DNA of 64,000 nucleotides from the human T2T-CHM13v2.0 reference genome, Homo sapiens. The translations under genes were made by a program, and so were the position numbers. The DNA lies in NCBI RefSeq assembly GCF_009914755.1, contig NC_060931.1; one strand, 5' to 3'. A model generated the notes under the pieces. The model did no database searches, was not told where the DNA came from, and saw only the letters and a program-made list of their open reading frames with translations. Of the stretch, positions 17,647 through 32,004 are shown in pieces; the stretch's first letter is position 1; every line of letters starts with the position of its first letter.

Positions 17647-18941
17647 GTCAAACTAGGATAGGCTGCATCTATCATTTCTGCAACCTCTAATGAGGTAAAA
17701 GGACACATAGAATCCTCATCTGCTTTTATGGATATTGCTGTGTAATTGCAGTGTAATTATGGCCCACAACAGCTTCAGAAAATTATCTTTCAAGAAAACA
17801 GCTGGTTCTCTTTCACAAACCGAGATGAAAGCTAGTCAATTACAAAAAAAAAAAAAAAAAAAAGTCCAAAGAAAATATTCCCACAATATATGCTGATATA
17901 ATAAACAAATGACAAAAAAAGAAATATCATAAAAATTTTAAATGTATAAATCACAGCTACTGATATGAAAAATAACACAAGGTACAAACATAAGAAAATT
18001 AGAAAGGTAGGAGATACTTCTGACACATTGTTTCATATTACAATCTAAATGGACTTCTTAGAAAGATTTTCAAATATGTTTTTTCATTTTTTGTTTTCAT
18101 TTATTTGTATAATTATGTAAATGCATGGATGTATACTTTATGAAATACATGCACAAACATGCAAAGAGATTTAAAGTATAAGATTTTTTAAGCCAGTGCT
18201 CAGGAAAAATTTTAAAAATGACTAAATTTGGGCACTTACTCTAAATTTATAATTGTATTAAGCTTTGTGATATGTCAGTAAGCCAATACATGAGTGTCTC
18301 ATTCTATAAAAACTCTATATACAAAAATTTGAAGGTTCTAAAATCATTAACAGAACGATCAATTATAGATAATCCATTTTGACAAATGGTTTATTTCAAT
18401 GTTACTTTAAAAGTCAAGCCTTTTAGAATGGCATAGAGGTGTCTGGATTTATGAAAAAATGAAATTCCCAAGGTCAGAAACATAAATACTAGCATTTAAA
18501 TTTTCTCATCTTCCACCTGATTGATATTTTCAGGCAGTCAGTTATATTTAAACTCTTGGTATGAAGAATAAGAATTGGTGTTTTCTTGACTCACTGAATG
18601 GCATGTCATGGCAGTTCCATGTCATTGACGGCCAAGTACCTCTTATGACCCTTACATTCAGAAATTATTTTAATTAACAACAAACATTAACTGAAGGTAT
18701 ATTTTTTAACCTCAGGGGAATTGGTCCCTGAGTGGTTAAAATAGAAACAAATAAGTACAATATATAAAATTATAAATACAAATATGTATGCATATGTATA
18801 TAGTATATCTATATGTATATATGGCATGCACCTGTATTAAAATAGATACAGAGAGAGGAAATCAAATAATAATTGTATTCTAAGTTTATTTTTTTTTGTT
18901 TTTAATTGCACAAAGTAAGTTGAGAACCTACCAGTAATACT

Positions 18942-19125
18942 CAGTGGTTCTCAAGTGTGGATCCTGGACCATTAACATCATTTACCCCTGGGAACTTGTT
19001 AGTTCCTAGTCTGTCTCCATCCCCCCCACCGCCTGAATCAAAATTTCTGACAATGGTCTCCAGCAATCTGTGTTTAAACCAGCCTCCATGTGATTCTGAT
19101 GCACGTTAAAGTCTAACAACCACTT
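18942..19125. mobile_element. MER5A (hAT-Charlie MITE)
   Basis: CAGTGGTTCTCAAGTGTGG..GCAATCTGTGTTTAAAC..TGATTCTGATGCAC..AACCACT; terminal inverted repeats visible. Confidence 0.88.
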
Positions 19126-20079
19126 CTCTGAGTAAATATAAGTTATTTTCATAAGTATTATAATTTGGACACTATGAATTCCTGATTTCATCCTGGCTCC
19201 AGGCTTCTTTTTGGGCAAGTTCTGAATTTGGGTATAGTTAAAATGTTTTTATCAGATAGGTTGGTTCTTTATTACTATTGACCAGATCTTTCCAAAACTG
19301 GGTTTGTAATCGAGTCTTTACAGAAACGTTCTTACATTAGCTATGGAATCTAGGCCTCATTAGTTCTTAATAATAATCTAGCATTCGGAAAATTAGAAGA
19401 CTTGAAACCAAAAAGGTTAAAAAAATTTACCAAATATTAAAAGGGAGTCTGAGAATAAACTCGAGTTTAAAATCCAAATCTTCTAACTTCTATTTGGAAT
19501 TTTAATCTTAGTAGATTGGAAGCTGTGGATTTTAACTAATTTTCTGTATCAGTGATAAGATAGCTGTCAAATAACTCATAACAGACATTTGTATTCTAAA
19601 CACATTTTCAAACTTGCTGAGTATTTCACAGAATACATTTTTCAGGCTGAGTACTTCCACGTTTCCCTGTCGTTGTCTGCATGTGAGAATAGTTTCTCCC
19701 AAAGTCAAAATTAGGTCTTTTTTTCGCATTTGAGATGCCCAATAGCTGTGGCAGAGGTGCACCCTTTACATATTTTCCGACATTAGGAAGCAAAGGATGC
19801 TTAAGCATCAAGTGCAGATCTTTCCTGCCTGTCTGCTTGCTTATTTCTTCTAAGAGCTGTTGTTCACCAACACGTGTTGCTGTCCTCAGCTGCTAGCCAG
19901 GAGAACGTGAAATTTAAGACCACTTGTTAACTTTTCTCAGTTACTAGCAGATCCTTTGGAGACAATTATAATTGTATGATTTCCCTCTGCCTAATTAACT
20001 GCATCCCTAGTATAAACTTGTTGAATTCAAGTATTCGTCTTTTCTGTTTAATTTATTTTTTATTTACTTATTTATTTTT

Positions 20080-20146
20080 GTCCTCAGAGCCTGGCACATT
20101 GATAGGTGCCTAACGTTAGTGTCAAATAAATAAAACAATTGAATGA
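20080..20146 (+). mobile_element. L2 3' tip
   Basis: GAGCCTGGCACATTGATAGGTGCCTAA..TTGAATGA. Confidence 0.5.
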
Positions 20147-20909
20147 GAAAAAAAAAGATACTCAGTTTTGCAGAATTAACTCTATAATGAAAAGATGTTT
20201 TTCACATAAAATGTACACATGCTTTGTGATAATATAATAAAATAAAGATGCATCTGTGCATATTATTATGTGTTTATAACAAAATTATCTCAATGCTTGT
20301 GACTGCATCCACAGTGCTAAATGTTTATTTGCTATTATCAGTGAAACCTGTGTTGCTATGGACCACATAAGCTTTATAGGAAATAAAGGGCCATGATAAA
20401 ATTAACAGTTAGTGTTGTTTACCTCCTAAATTTCAATTGCCAACCGCTGACTGCTAGTTGTTTTTTGTATGTATGAACTATTTCTTCAGCATAGCATATG
20501 ATGTAAATTTTTCTTCTCTTTTGTCTGACTTCCGGTATACAAGATCCTGTATGTTCATAATATGGCTGCAAAAGCCACGGATTTAGATCACTGAAATCAC
20601 AAAGGAATACTGCCTACTTTCCCTACAGATTCTGCTGAAAGCAGCTTCATCTCAATCTGTTCATTGTCTTAATGAATTTACATCAAACCTCATTCAGCAA
20701 TGTACCTTTTGTTTTCTATCAGCAGCATTCTTAGCTGTTTGATATTCTTAATCTTGACCACGGCTCCTCAAACTTTTCTACTAACACATTCCTGCAACCA
20801 GAGGCAAGTAACAACTACAATTTCTGTGGACTTTGCTTTATCTTAAAATCTATGCAAAGTTTATTCTATTCCATGAAAGAGTAATGCTTTCATATGAAAA
20901 TAATGGACT

Positions 20910-21213
20910 TTTTTCTTTTTTTTATTATTATACTTTAAGTTCTAGGGTACATGTGCACAACATGCAGGTTTGCTACATATGTATACCTGTGCCATGTCGG
21001 TGTGCTGCACCCATTAACTCATCAGTTACATTAGGTGTATTTCCTAATGCTATCCCTCCCCGCTCACCCTATCCCACGACAGGCCCTGGTGTGCGATGTT
21101 CCTCTTCCAGCAACCAAGTGTTCTCATTGTTCAATTCCCACCTATGAGTGAGAACACGCGGTGTTTGGTTTTCTGTTCTTGCGATAGTTTGCTGAGAATG
21201 ATGGTTGCCAGCT
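20910..21213 (-). mobile_element. 5'-truncated L1PA4/5-like 3' end
   Basis: TTATTATACTTTAAGTTCTAGGGTACATGTGCACAAC..GATAGTTTGCTGAGAATGATGG. Confidence 0.93.
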
Positions 21214-24059
21214 TTAAGTCAGGTGAAAATTGTTTCCTCCAAACAGGTATGCTACATGTTTCCTGTACTATTTTAATAACTAGGAGACACACAATAGCAT
21301 AATGTTGTAAGTAGTCATGCCCAGTTTCAGGAGCTTAGCCTTGCTTAAATTTTAGTCAAAGAGTTCATTAATTTTTTTCTCATGGTTTATTGGAGATTTC
21401 TACATTAGAAGTCAGCTATCAATGGAAGCTTAAGTGTGGGACAATCTGAATAGTAAACATCTTGCAGTATCGAATATTGTCCCCCACTCCCACCAATTCT
21501 GAATCTTTATCCTTGAAAATAGCAATTTACCATTAATTAAGAAGCTTATTATCTTGTGAGAAACTTTCAGAATACCTATGCTGCCAATTCTCAATATATA
21601 TTCAGATTTGTTTGAATTTCAAAGTAAATTTGACTTAGATTCTTAAACAAGGATTCATCAAATACCAAGAACACATATTGAGGCTGCAGTTTTCCAGCCA
21701 AAGATGCATCTAAACTTTGGCTATGAGTGTAATACTCCATGCATTTGAACAGTCATTGTACTTGTTGAATTTAACTCTGCTATCTAATCATGAGACAATA
21801 AATATCACAACAATCTTGATAGTTTTGTCTTAAATTTTTAATAAAATATTATAATTACTATTTATATCAGCAGAACTATGTTTTCAATGCATGCACGATT
21901 AATTCCATCTTAAAGGGTAAATGTACATTTAATTACATGAAATCTGTTAATATTTGAGTAATCTAACAAAAAATGAGAATATATTCAAACAGATGGCTAT
22001 AATAAATTATATAAAACATAATAACATATTCTTAAACTACAAAGTTATAAAATTATCAGAAAATTATTGTGAAGAAGTATTCAATTGTCAAGACTTTATC
22101 AACATTACATAGGCAAAAGAACATGGTTATGTATTATGACTTGTTGCATAATACTGGAAAGAGTTTATGAGAGATTTCTGAGAAACAGGTAGGCATTGCT
22201 ATAACCTTACATATCCTTTCTGAGAATGCAAGTTAACTGAAATATCAAGTGGATAAATATTTAATTCTTGTCTAGAAGACAAGATAAATTAACTAGAATA
22301 ATAGCTATATGAAAATGCACTTGGAATGATGCACAGCAGTGGTTAATACCACATGAGGGAATATAGGCAAATGGTTTAATTGAACCAAAAAAATAAAATT
22401 GCATCAAAGTTCACAGTTCTAGAATGTCTAAACCAAAGTCAACTTTTATTGATATTTAAAGCAGTGAAACCACTTTCATCGATCAATTTTGTGCGGTAGA
22501 TGATGCACTATGAGAGACACATCCATAATGTGCTGTACAAAGCATTCTAAGTAGTGTTAGCAATATATTAAAAATAACGTTGATGTTCCAAACAAGTTTT
22601 GACTGATAGTTAAATTTTGAAACAGATGACTTTAAATAGTTTCTGAAGTTATTACATGGTGGATTTGACATTAAAAGCAGAACTTGCATTCCTAAAAATT
22701 GATTTAATTTTTAGATAAAAAGTTCCTTTTGATGTAGATTATTGAAAGTAAAATTTGCTAATACTATGTGGACCAACATTTGAGTTCCTTCTGTGTATAG
22801 AACACTGAATTATTTGAGAATTTAGACAAGAAATATTCAATGTAGCCTTACTGAATTACACTTAGAAGTTTTAAAAAGTATATACATATACATGTACATA
22901 TACATACACATTATACATAAACATACATGTAGATAAACACTAAAAATGTTGCTAATTGCTCTTCATGTTTCAAAAAATTAATAGTAGCACTAAATTATAA
23001 TACTAGTTTTTGATGGGAAAATACGAGTCATAACCAGATTATTTTTGTTTTATCCAAACTTGTATATTGTTACAGATTACTGTAATTTTGATTAAATATA
23101 GAATCATAACATAAATTTTCTTTCTCACCATCAAAAAATCACACCTTCAAAAACATTAAGCTGTATTCATACTAAATAAGAAATTTAGGAACCTCAACCA
23201 AATGAACAATGCAAACACACTAAAAAGCTAGAAAACTCTTTTCACTGTGGTTAGTATTATTATTAATTTGAAGGTAATCATGTTGGGTATGGGAATATAG
23301 AAAAAAGATGAAAATTAATATAGTTATTTGTGCTTCTTTTCTTCTTCTTTCTCTTGCCTCCTCCCCCTATTTTTAACGAGAATTTTTGTGAGTTTGATTT
23401 CTTATACTGACTAACACCATATAGAGTGACATAAGTAGCACTAAGGGTACTGAATTATAAGAAGAATTTTCCAGAAAATGACAGGAGAAATAAGGATGAG
23501 GGAAAAACAAGTCTGGGGAAGGAGAGACTTATTAAAGGATGTTGATGGTTAAGTAGTGTGTGCTTAGCTGCATGCCACACAGTGTAGGACTTTAGGAAAA
23601 CAGGGGGAAATCATTGTTTTAGAAAGTTTTGCTGAGTTTGGCTCTACATACACATTTTCTGACTTGTTCAGTTGTCAGCCTGTCCTCCAGCCTCTACCAC
23701 CTCTCCTTCCTTCTTTTCTCTACTAATATTTCCCTTCTTATACTTTCTTTTCTCCTACTTGTATTGCATACAATTCGCATGTAAACTAAGGTTCCATTGC
23801 TGTTTGAGAATAACTTTTGTGGAGGAAAAAGAAAGTGTAGCTTAAGGGAAAGCAAAATGTGAAAATGGGAAGATGGAGCATGTCAGAGCACAAAGGGCCA
23901 TCGGGCTTTATAAAGGCAATGGGTTTCCAGAATGCCTTTATGCAGAGAGTGCTTTTTCTTGTTGAAGTTTCCTTTACAAGCCCCTTTCTCTATTGTTTCC
24001 TCCATCTTCAGTTCTGCAGATGTCTTCATTGGTGAAGCCTGTCATCTTGGTAATGTTTG

Positions 24060-24697
24060 CATTAATAAAGGGCTATGGCAATTTCTTAGAGTTCTGAAGC
24101 CCAGGTAGCACATTTGAATTCTGACCTTTGTTTCCCTGAAAACAATGAATTAATCTGATGGTTGGTGTTTAAGCCACTGAAGTAGGCCTGTGGGGGCAAA
24201 TTGGACTTTTCTATTGCTTTCGATCAGAGTTTTATGCAATTTCCTCTCTTTCTAATCACATCTATTCACATTCACTGGGGCTGTTGTACCTACTGTCTTC
24301 CAAGCACTGCACTGTGTGTTTTACATAATAATCACATTTAAACCTTAGCATGTAAAATTGCATGCATACAATACCAGCCTGCTGTATCTTCCACTTTGGG
24401 TCTTCATCTGACAGGGGATTACATGTACCACCCATTTCTACCTACATTTGCTTTCTCATTTTTTTTCCACCCTGCAAGTATCTCAGGTTTGATCAGTGCT
24501 TTATAAAGTCAGTGATTTGTCTTCTCATTCAAAACGGCATAATCATGTGATCTACTAAAAGCTCTTCTGTGGTAATTGATTTATCACTCTTATCATTTAA
24601 TTCAATGCATAGAGCTGAAATTTTGGTTTAATAGCTAAGTGCACTCGAGGATTTCCCACATTAATGCAGGGCTATGGCAATTTCTTACAGTTCTGAA
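24060..24697 (+). repeat. Dispersed 39-bp direct repeat pair (24060-24098 and 24659-24697)
   Basis: CATTAAT(AA/GC)AGGGCTATGGCAATTTCTTA(G/C)AGTTCTGAA, 36/39 identical. Confidence 0.9.
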
Positions 24698-25719
24698 CTT
24701 ATAAAATTGACAGAATACAATGTAGTCATTACATGGTGTGAGTTTTCCGATGGAAATATGTTAATGAAGGTTAATATATGGCGTTTGGTTTATTATACTT
24801 TGTAAATGTATACAAATGAAATAAAAGCAGAAATGAAACAAAAGAGAAAGTACCTAGTTCTGAAGGCAATGAAGACATTTTTTGGCCTTAGGCCAAAAAA
24901 GTGCTATGTGAGGAAGATTAAGTGTCAAAAAAATGCTATGAAGTGTCAACACGCATTTGAGGGTGGGGTAGACAAAGTACAATATTCTTCTGTAAGTATT
25001 TAAGAAAATAGACAATTTCTTTCATCTCTCTATTCCTTGAACTGGATATAGCCATAATACTAGGCAAATACAATTCATCCAATATAATAAATATTTAAGA
25101 CAAACTGTTTTGTGAATTTTGTGGAATTGTTTTCTTTTTCTTCTCTCTCTCCATTCTTTATTTTTTTTTGATATGGGTTGGGATTTGCTATTATGAGACA
25201 TGCAAAAGCTTATATTTTCAAAAGTTTAATATATTTCGCCATTTACAAGGAGTCAGGAAAAGTAGTTTGATAGAACCACTATTTAGGTTGCATGTTAAAT
25301 GTAATAATTCATAAAAGACATTCTAACTTGATCAATTATTTTAAAAGTAGTTATAACTTGGTAGAAACAGTTTTCTGTGCTATATGTTTGGCAACATAAT
25401 CTAAATAGACTTTGGGGGGAACTGTATTATAGTATGAAGGCTTCTCTTACTGGCTCAGAAAAGCAAGGTAAAAATAGAGACATTTATTATTTTACTCTCC
25501 TGATTCCATTTTAGTATTTGTCAGTTATGAAACTGCTGTCTTCATTATAAATATCAGAGTCACAGGAAGAAATATGTGCCTTGGGTGACCTAATAGATAA
25601 AGATGAAAAAACATAGCTTTGAAGTTTTACTCATAATATTTTACATATACTTGTTGGAGATCAAACTAGTTAGCTTTTCAAATAGTTATAGAAATCATTC
25701 CTCAAAGGGGAATGTTCAC

Positions 25720-26532
25720 TGATGGAGTTCAGGACATGCTACCCCAAAATATGATACCTTAGCATACTGAATATTTTAAGCCAAAGGAAGTTGAGAAAAC
25801 TGCAGGAGCAGGAAAGTCTTTCTGACATGTTTTCCATCCTTTTCTCCTTTTTATTTTTTTTCTTAGATACAGGGTCTCACTCTGTCACCCAGGCTGCAGT
25901 GTCATAGCACAATTATGCCTCACTAGGCTCAAGCAATCCTCCCATCCTCAGCCTCTGAAGTAGCTGAGGTATAGACACATGCCATCACACCCACCTAGTT
26001 TTTTGGGTAGAGCTGGGTTCTTGCTACATTGCTCAGGCTAGTCTCAACTCCTGACCTCAAGCGATCCTCCCACCTCAGCCTCCCAAAGTACTGGGATTAC
26101 AGGCATGAGCCACCACTCTCAATCAACCACTTTTCTTTCCTGAAGCAGGCAATAAAAACTGACTGACCTTTTTCTGAACTAGTTCATCCCAGAGAGTCCC
26201 TCTCTATACCCAGAGGAAAAGAATACTCTTATCTCTGAAGACACTGGGACAGGGAGAAGAGAATCGCAACAAACAAGATTTCTTAAATGCCCCTGCATTT
26301 CATTACCATTAGATCATACCATTGTCCTGCAATCATGTTGCACAAATATCTATAAAAATACAGTTTTCCCTCTTTCTTTGGTGTTTTCATTTTTAAAGCC
26401 TCCTGTGTAATATAAAATTTATACTAAATAAATTCATGTGCTTTTCTCTTGTTAATGTGTCTTCTGTTATAGACATCTCAGCCATGAGATTTGTGATAGG
26501 TGAGAAGATATTTCTTGTCAACTCCTTTATCA
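25720..26532 (+). mobile_element. MER31-like ERV1 solo LTR
   Basis: Starts TGATGGAGTTCAGGACATGCTACCCCAAAATATG; contains CTTATCTCTGAAGACAC, a TATA-like CTATAAAA and AATAAA. Confidence 0.8.
25848..26124 (-). mobile_element. AluJ with small internal deletions, inserted in MER31
   Basis: Antisense Alu flanked by degenerate CTTTTCT direct repeats. Confidence 0.9.
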
Positions 26533-27754
26533 CAAACAAAAATAATTCTCTCAATAAGTGTTTCTTATTTTACACAATTTCTTTAAAGTTTAACCCTACT
26601 TACTGCAACATGCACTGTTTTTAAATTTATAAAATCAAAATATTTCTCTAGATATGCTAGCCAAGCAAAATAAACAGCTATTTTAAAAATATTCCTAAAT
26701 ACATGATGATACTATAATAATAATAATGACCTTAGTATGCTTGAAATTTAAATACAAAGAATAAAATTATAATTGTAGTGCTGTGTCACTAAAGAGTTGA
26801 ATGGTTAAGACACATTAAAGAAAGAGGAATAATACATTTTCTTTGTTTTTTAAAATATCATTGATTAGAAGATGTGACAATTTAGTAACAGCTGTTTATA
26901 GAAGAAATTACAGTAAGTGAATTTATAACTGGTATATTAGAATTTCATAACTATTAAAATGTAGACATATGTATACATTATATTCACATATGTATGTATA
27001 AATACACATATGCAAGCACACACACATACATACATATAGAATTATTTCAAAGAATCCCTTGCATGTTATGGATTCTTGGCATCATGAAGAAGGAGAAAAA
27101 TAGCTTAGTGTGAGAGTTCTCCAGGTGTAGTTTTTGTACTTTCAGATGTAAAATACAAAGGCAACCATATCTGCATAGAAATGTTCTGCACATTTGCTAT
27201 TTCAAAGAAACACTGTAATTAACACTATGGTTAACATGACTTATGCATGTTTAAATCAAAAGAAAAATAATATATTTAAAGTAAGGGGAAAAGTAAAAAT
27301 ATTCTGCCCTAATTGGCAGCTTTTTTTCTATATTAGTGTGGCCTTCTATGAAGGTTCCCACAACTCATAGAAGACTGTCAGCTTCTGCACGAACTCAGTA
27401 GAGTTCTTGTCTTTTTATTTGATGTGCTTTTGATGTTCAAGTTTGTTCTGTAGCTATTAATGTCTCCCCTGGCCTAGCTACTTTTTTTCTCTTTTCCAGA
27501 AATTTGTAGTCCTAACATGTCTTAACTCTGTTTCTGATGCCTGAAGCATTTGCATCAGGCAAATGCTTTCTTGTTAGTGGAAGGAATGATACAAAATCAG
27601 CAAGCCTGTTGTTGAATGGCTCCACAAAAGTCAAAGTAATATTCTCAGATAAGTGAAGCTAACAATTCTAGCAAGATGTTCTTTCCATCCAGAAGCAGTT
27701 TTCTTGCTTGCCATGGATGTTATCATATCTTTTGTGATTAATTAATTCAAAAAA

Positions 27755-28054
<300 letters not shown>

Positions 28055-28769
28055 CTACTCATACTCTATATTATTTTTGTTTGAGGCCTGAAGATTTGTT
28101 TTCAGGGTATACTCTCTGAACAGAGGTTTTGATAGTTCAGTTTTTTCAAAAAAGTTTGTACAAGTTGAACCTAGACAAATCAATAAAGACAACCCTACCT
28201 ACAAAATAACCACAGTCAAACCTACTTAAGAAAAAGCCACCACTAATTTAACAATAATTATAGTTTCTTCCAAAAGTTAGAAATGACATGTCAATGAAAT
28301 AGCATTCTTATTCTATGGATAGTATAACAGGGTTTTTGTGAAATAATTATAATCCAGCTTCTCAATCATTAAACTTCCTTGAAAATATCTATAAACTGAA
28401 TAAGAAACAAAACAATTAGATATCTATCTCTCTGCAAAAATAGTTGACAATGTGCCCATATCTACTTAGGCTAATAACCTATATTATTTATACCATTTTC
28501 CAGTTTCCATGGTGTACATACTTGTACCATGGGTAATTTCAAGTTACCAAATCCTCATAATTGGAAGGAGATATGTACACCTGGGTCTTAGGAGGTAGCA
28601 CTAGCTAGTGCCAGCACATCACAGATCTAAGTGATTGTTGTTGAATTTCCCATAATGTGTAAAATAATATGAAAATGTCAGTGCAAAAAAGTTGAACTTA
28701 GGACTAAGAACTTTTAGTAATATAAGTTAAAGGTTTCCCAGTGTTCTCAATTAAAATCTTAATACATGA

Positions 28770-28965
28770 TACCCTTTTATTTTCATAGCACTTTTTAATG
28801 TCTGAAATTATCAATTTTATTTATTGATGTTTGTCTGTCTCCTCATAACTAACGGTGGAACTCCATAAAATTGGGATTACATATGTTTTGTAGAATGTTT
28901 ATCTAGTAACAACAAATATACATAGCATGTATTGGGCCCTTCATTAACATGTTAAATAAATAAGT
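28770..28965 (+). mobile_element. L2 3' end fragment
   Basis: TTTTCATAGCACTT..TGTTTGTCTGTCTCC..AACTCCATAAAA..TGTTAAATAAATAA. Confidence 0.55.
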
Positions 28966-29391
28966 CAACCTTTAAGTTAAAGTGTTATACATTTGGTTCT
29001 AAGTTACATTAATGTTTCATTTTTTAACTAATTAATAATTTTATTTAAAAATTGTGGTAATGTGGATTTGGGTGGATACTGTTAATCTTTACTCCCACTT
29101 TTTATGCAGGTATCTCTTTTGTAAAAAAACAGCTTTATATTGAATTTTAAAAACTCCTTTTATAGGCTACAGATGCTAATTTGTAAGCATACTCTGATGC
29201 CTATCTAAATAATAATGTTTTGACAGTTATTAAAGTCCTACAGAAAATAAGCTGGACCATGTAGCTTTACAACACAGATACAGGAGGGGAAAAAAGAATT
29301 GAAAATCATTTATATTGCTACTTTAACATAAAGTTAATTGGGGCTTATTTAAAAATTCCTTAATATTTCAATTTTAATTCCAAACTGCGAT

Positions 29392-31050
29392 ATTTATTTA
29401 TTTCATTCATTTTAAATATTAATTTAGCATTTACTATGTGCTAGCATTTAATGTGTAGGTACCACAGTGAAAAACACAGAATACTAATCTTAGAGGAAAA
29501 ATGTTTTAAGAAAGATATGGAATATAAACAAGAAAATGAACAACTAAATAACAATAATATGGACCCTGTGGAAAATATATAAAAGATAGGAACAATTCTA
29601 TATGATTTATATTGGCCGATCAGGGAAGTTTTCTTTGAAGAGTGACATTTCAGAAGAGACATGAAAAATATAAAGAAGTAGAAAGGCAGGTGGATCAGCA
29701 GGTAGAGCACCTTTGGTTGGAATTAGTTTGGATTTTTTAGGGAACAATATGAATTCCACAGTACCTCGAGAACTGTGAGAATAGAAAAGAGTGATGGGAG
29801 TTGATCCAAAGAGTAGGCTGGGTGATTTCATTTTGGCTCCTGTGGGTTTTGTTAAGGAGCTTGGATTTTATTGTAAATGTAATGGAGAAGTACTGGAGAC
29901 TTACAAAGCGAGGAGTGATGAGATTTGAAGTAGAATTTTTGGAGATTTGTCTGGCTACTATATGGAGATATGAAGAGTAAGTTCTAGGGATACATGTAGA
30001 ACCTGCAAGCTCTTACAGATGAAAGATGATGGACATGTCAGAAATCATTTGAAAGTAGTAGCCCAGACTTGGTAATATATTATTATGGGTGATGAAGGAA
30101 AGGGCAGTTAAGAATCACTTCTAAATCTGGCCTGAGCAAGTAGAAGAATAGTGCTGTTTACCGAATTAGGAAGACTGGAGTAAATTATGCCCACTAGGTG
30201 TTTACTGTATGAGTCTGCAGCTCAAGGTGGAAAATTGGGGCTAAAGATGTGTTCTTTGGAGTCAATGATGATGACATTCGATGGTATTTATAACCTTAAA
30301 GCTAGATGAGATCACTAGTAAGTATATACAGTTAGAGAAGAGAAAAAAACTCAAGAACTGAGCCCAGGAGCACTCCAACCTTTAGTGACCCAAACTAGTA
30401 AGAAGGTCTAGCAAAAGATAAGAAGTTGCAGCCAGGAAGAAAACCAGAGTATGATATAAAAGCCAAGCAAAAACACAATACAACATAACAACAACCACAA
30501 CAACAAAAACGTGTTTCAAGAAGTAGTGAACTGAACTGCATCTGTTAAGTCATATTAGAAGAAACACAGATTGAATTTTCAATTATATTGGAGGAATTTT
30601 ATTAGAGTAGTGGAGAAGAAAATCTAATTCACCAAACTTAAGAGAAAGTGAAGGAAAATAAGTAAACAGGCAGTGTATAAAATTATCTTAAGGAGTTTTG
30701 CTAAAAAGAGGATTAGATAAATGGGCAAGAGCTGGAAAGAATTTAGACAAACGGGTTCGGGAAAGTTTTGTGGGTTTTGTTTTTTAGTAATAAGATATAT
30801 TGAAACGTATTTGTATTTTGATGAAATAATCTAGTAGGACAGGAAGAAGTGAAAAAAATGATAAGGAAAATCTTTGATGAGACAAGAAGAAATTTAATTT
30901 AGTACAGAAGTGGCTAGAGATGGAAGCAGAAAGAATTTATTCATTAGAACAAGAGGAATGGAAAGTTGAACTGGAGTTGGAAAAGATATGTCTCTTCTGC
31001 TTACTGCTATTTTATCATTGAAATAAAAAGTGAAGTTATCCGCTGACAAT
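29392..31050 (-). mobile_element. Long L2 remnant
   Basis: Antisense tail TTCATTCATT..GCATTTACTATGTGCTAG; GTTAAGGAGCTTGGATTTTATTGTAAATGTAATGG; CTGAGCCCAGGAGCACTCCAAC. Confidence 0.8.
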
Positions 31051-31565
31051 GGGAAAATTGAAAGGGTTGATGCAGAAGGTTAAAGAAACAACTACAAAAC
31101 AGTCAACTCAAGCGTTTAAGAATAAATGACGGCAGAATTACTAAGCACAGTTAGAGACAGCGTGGGATTTGCTGTCATGAATGAAAATGAGATGAGAAAG
31201 CATGGGGTGGGCGGGCGTGTATGTGTGTGTTTTGCAACTTTAAATACTCACATGAAGTCAAGGATAATATTTAAACTCTATAGGGCGGAATCCTTTCTAA
31301 ATAGTCATATCATATTAAATAGTTGTGAAATATTTTTACTAATATTCCTGGATACAGGCATACTATAGGTAAAGAGCTTGTTAAATGTGAGTTTGGATTT
31401 CCTAGGAATGTATGCCTGAGGGAGAGATTCACAAAGCATTTGAACATGGATCAAAGGCCATGCTTTCAGTAACAAATCTATAAGCACAAGAATAGAAGTG
31501 AGGAGATGAAGAAATAATAAATAGTGAAACAATAAGCTGATGTCAGTCACTTCTTAGAATGAGAT

Positions 31566-32004
31566 TATGGTAGTTTATTTGCAAATATGGCCATATAAAT
31601 TATTCCCAGCTATGTGTGCACACTCATTTTCAATATGTTTTTTATCACACTCATGAAAAGCAGAATCTATTATTTCACCCCTTAAATCTGGATTATGCCT
31701 GTGACTAGCCTTGGCCAACTGAATGCAGAGGAAGTGACGCTGTGTAACTTCCGAGCCTAGGCCTCAAGATATCTCACAGCTTCTTCATCTGCCGTCTTGA
31801 AACGCTGCTACCACCATGTAGAAAACTAGGGCATGAGAGATCATGTATATATGAGACAGAGAGAGAGAAAGAGAGAGAGAGACCTAGCTGACACCTAGCA
31901 ATAACCACCAGAAATTGCCAAAACACAAACTCATGAGCTAATAAATTGTTATTTGAAGCTATTACATCTTAATGGTTTGTAATGTGGCAATAAACAATTG
32001 ATAC
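31566..32004 (+). mobile_element. MLT1H/I-like MaLR solo LTR
   Basis: CCTGTGACTAGCCTTGGCCAACTGAATGCAGAGGAAGTGACGCTGTG..CCTAGGCCTCAAGA; ends TGATACA. Confidence 0.75.

Noticed and set aside
17843-17863. Isolated poly(A) runs (also ~15891, ~52860, ~53628) as retrocopy tails
   Set aside because: No clear TSD or mRNA-like body upstream
27483-27499. Other strong-looking splice acceptors (also 16847, 27144, 29109)
   Set aside because: Polypyrimidine-AG matches are common in T-rich DNA; no convincing coding exon follows
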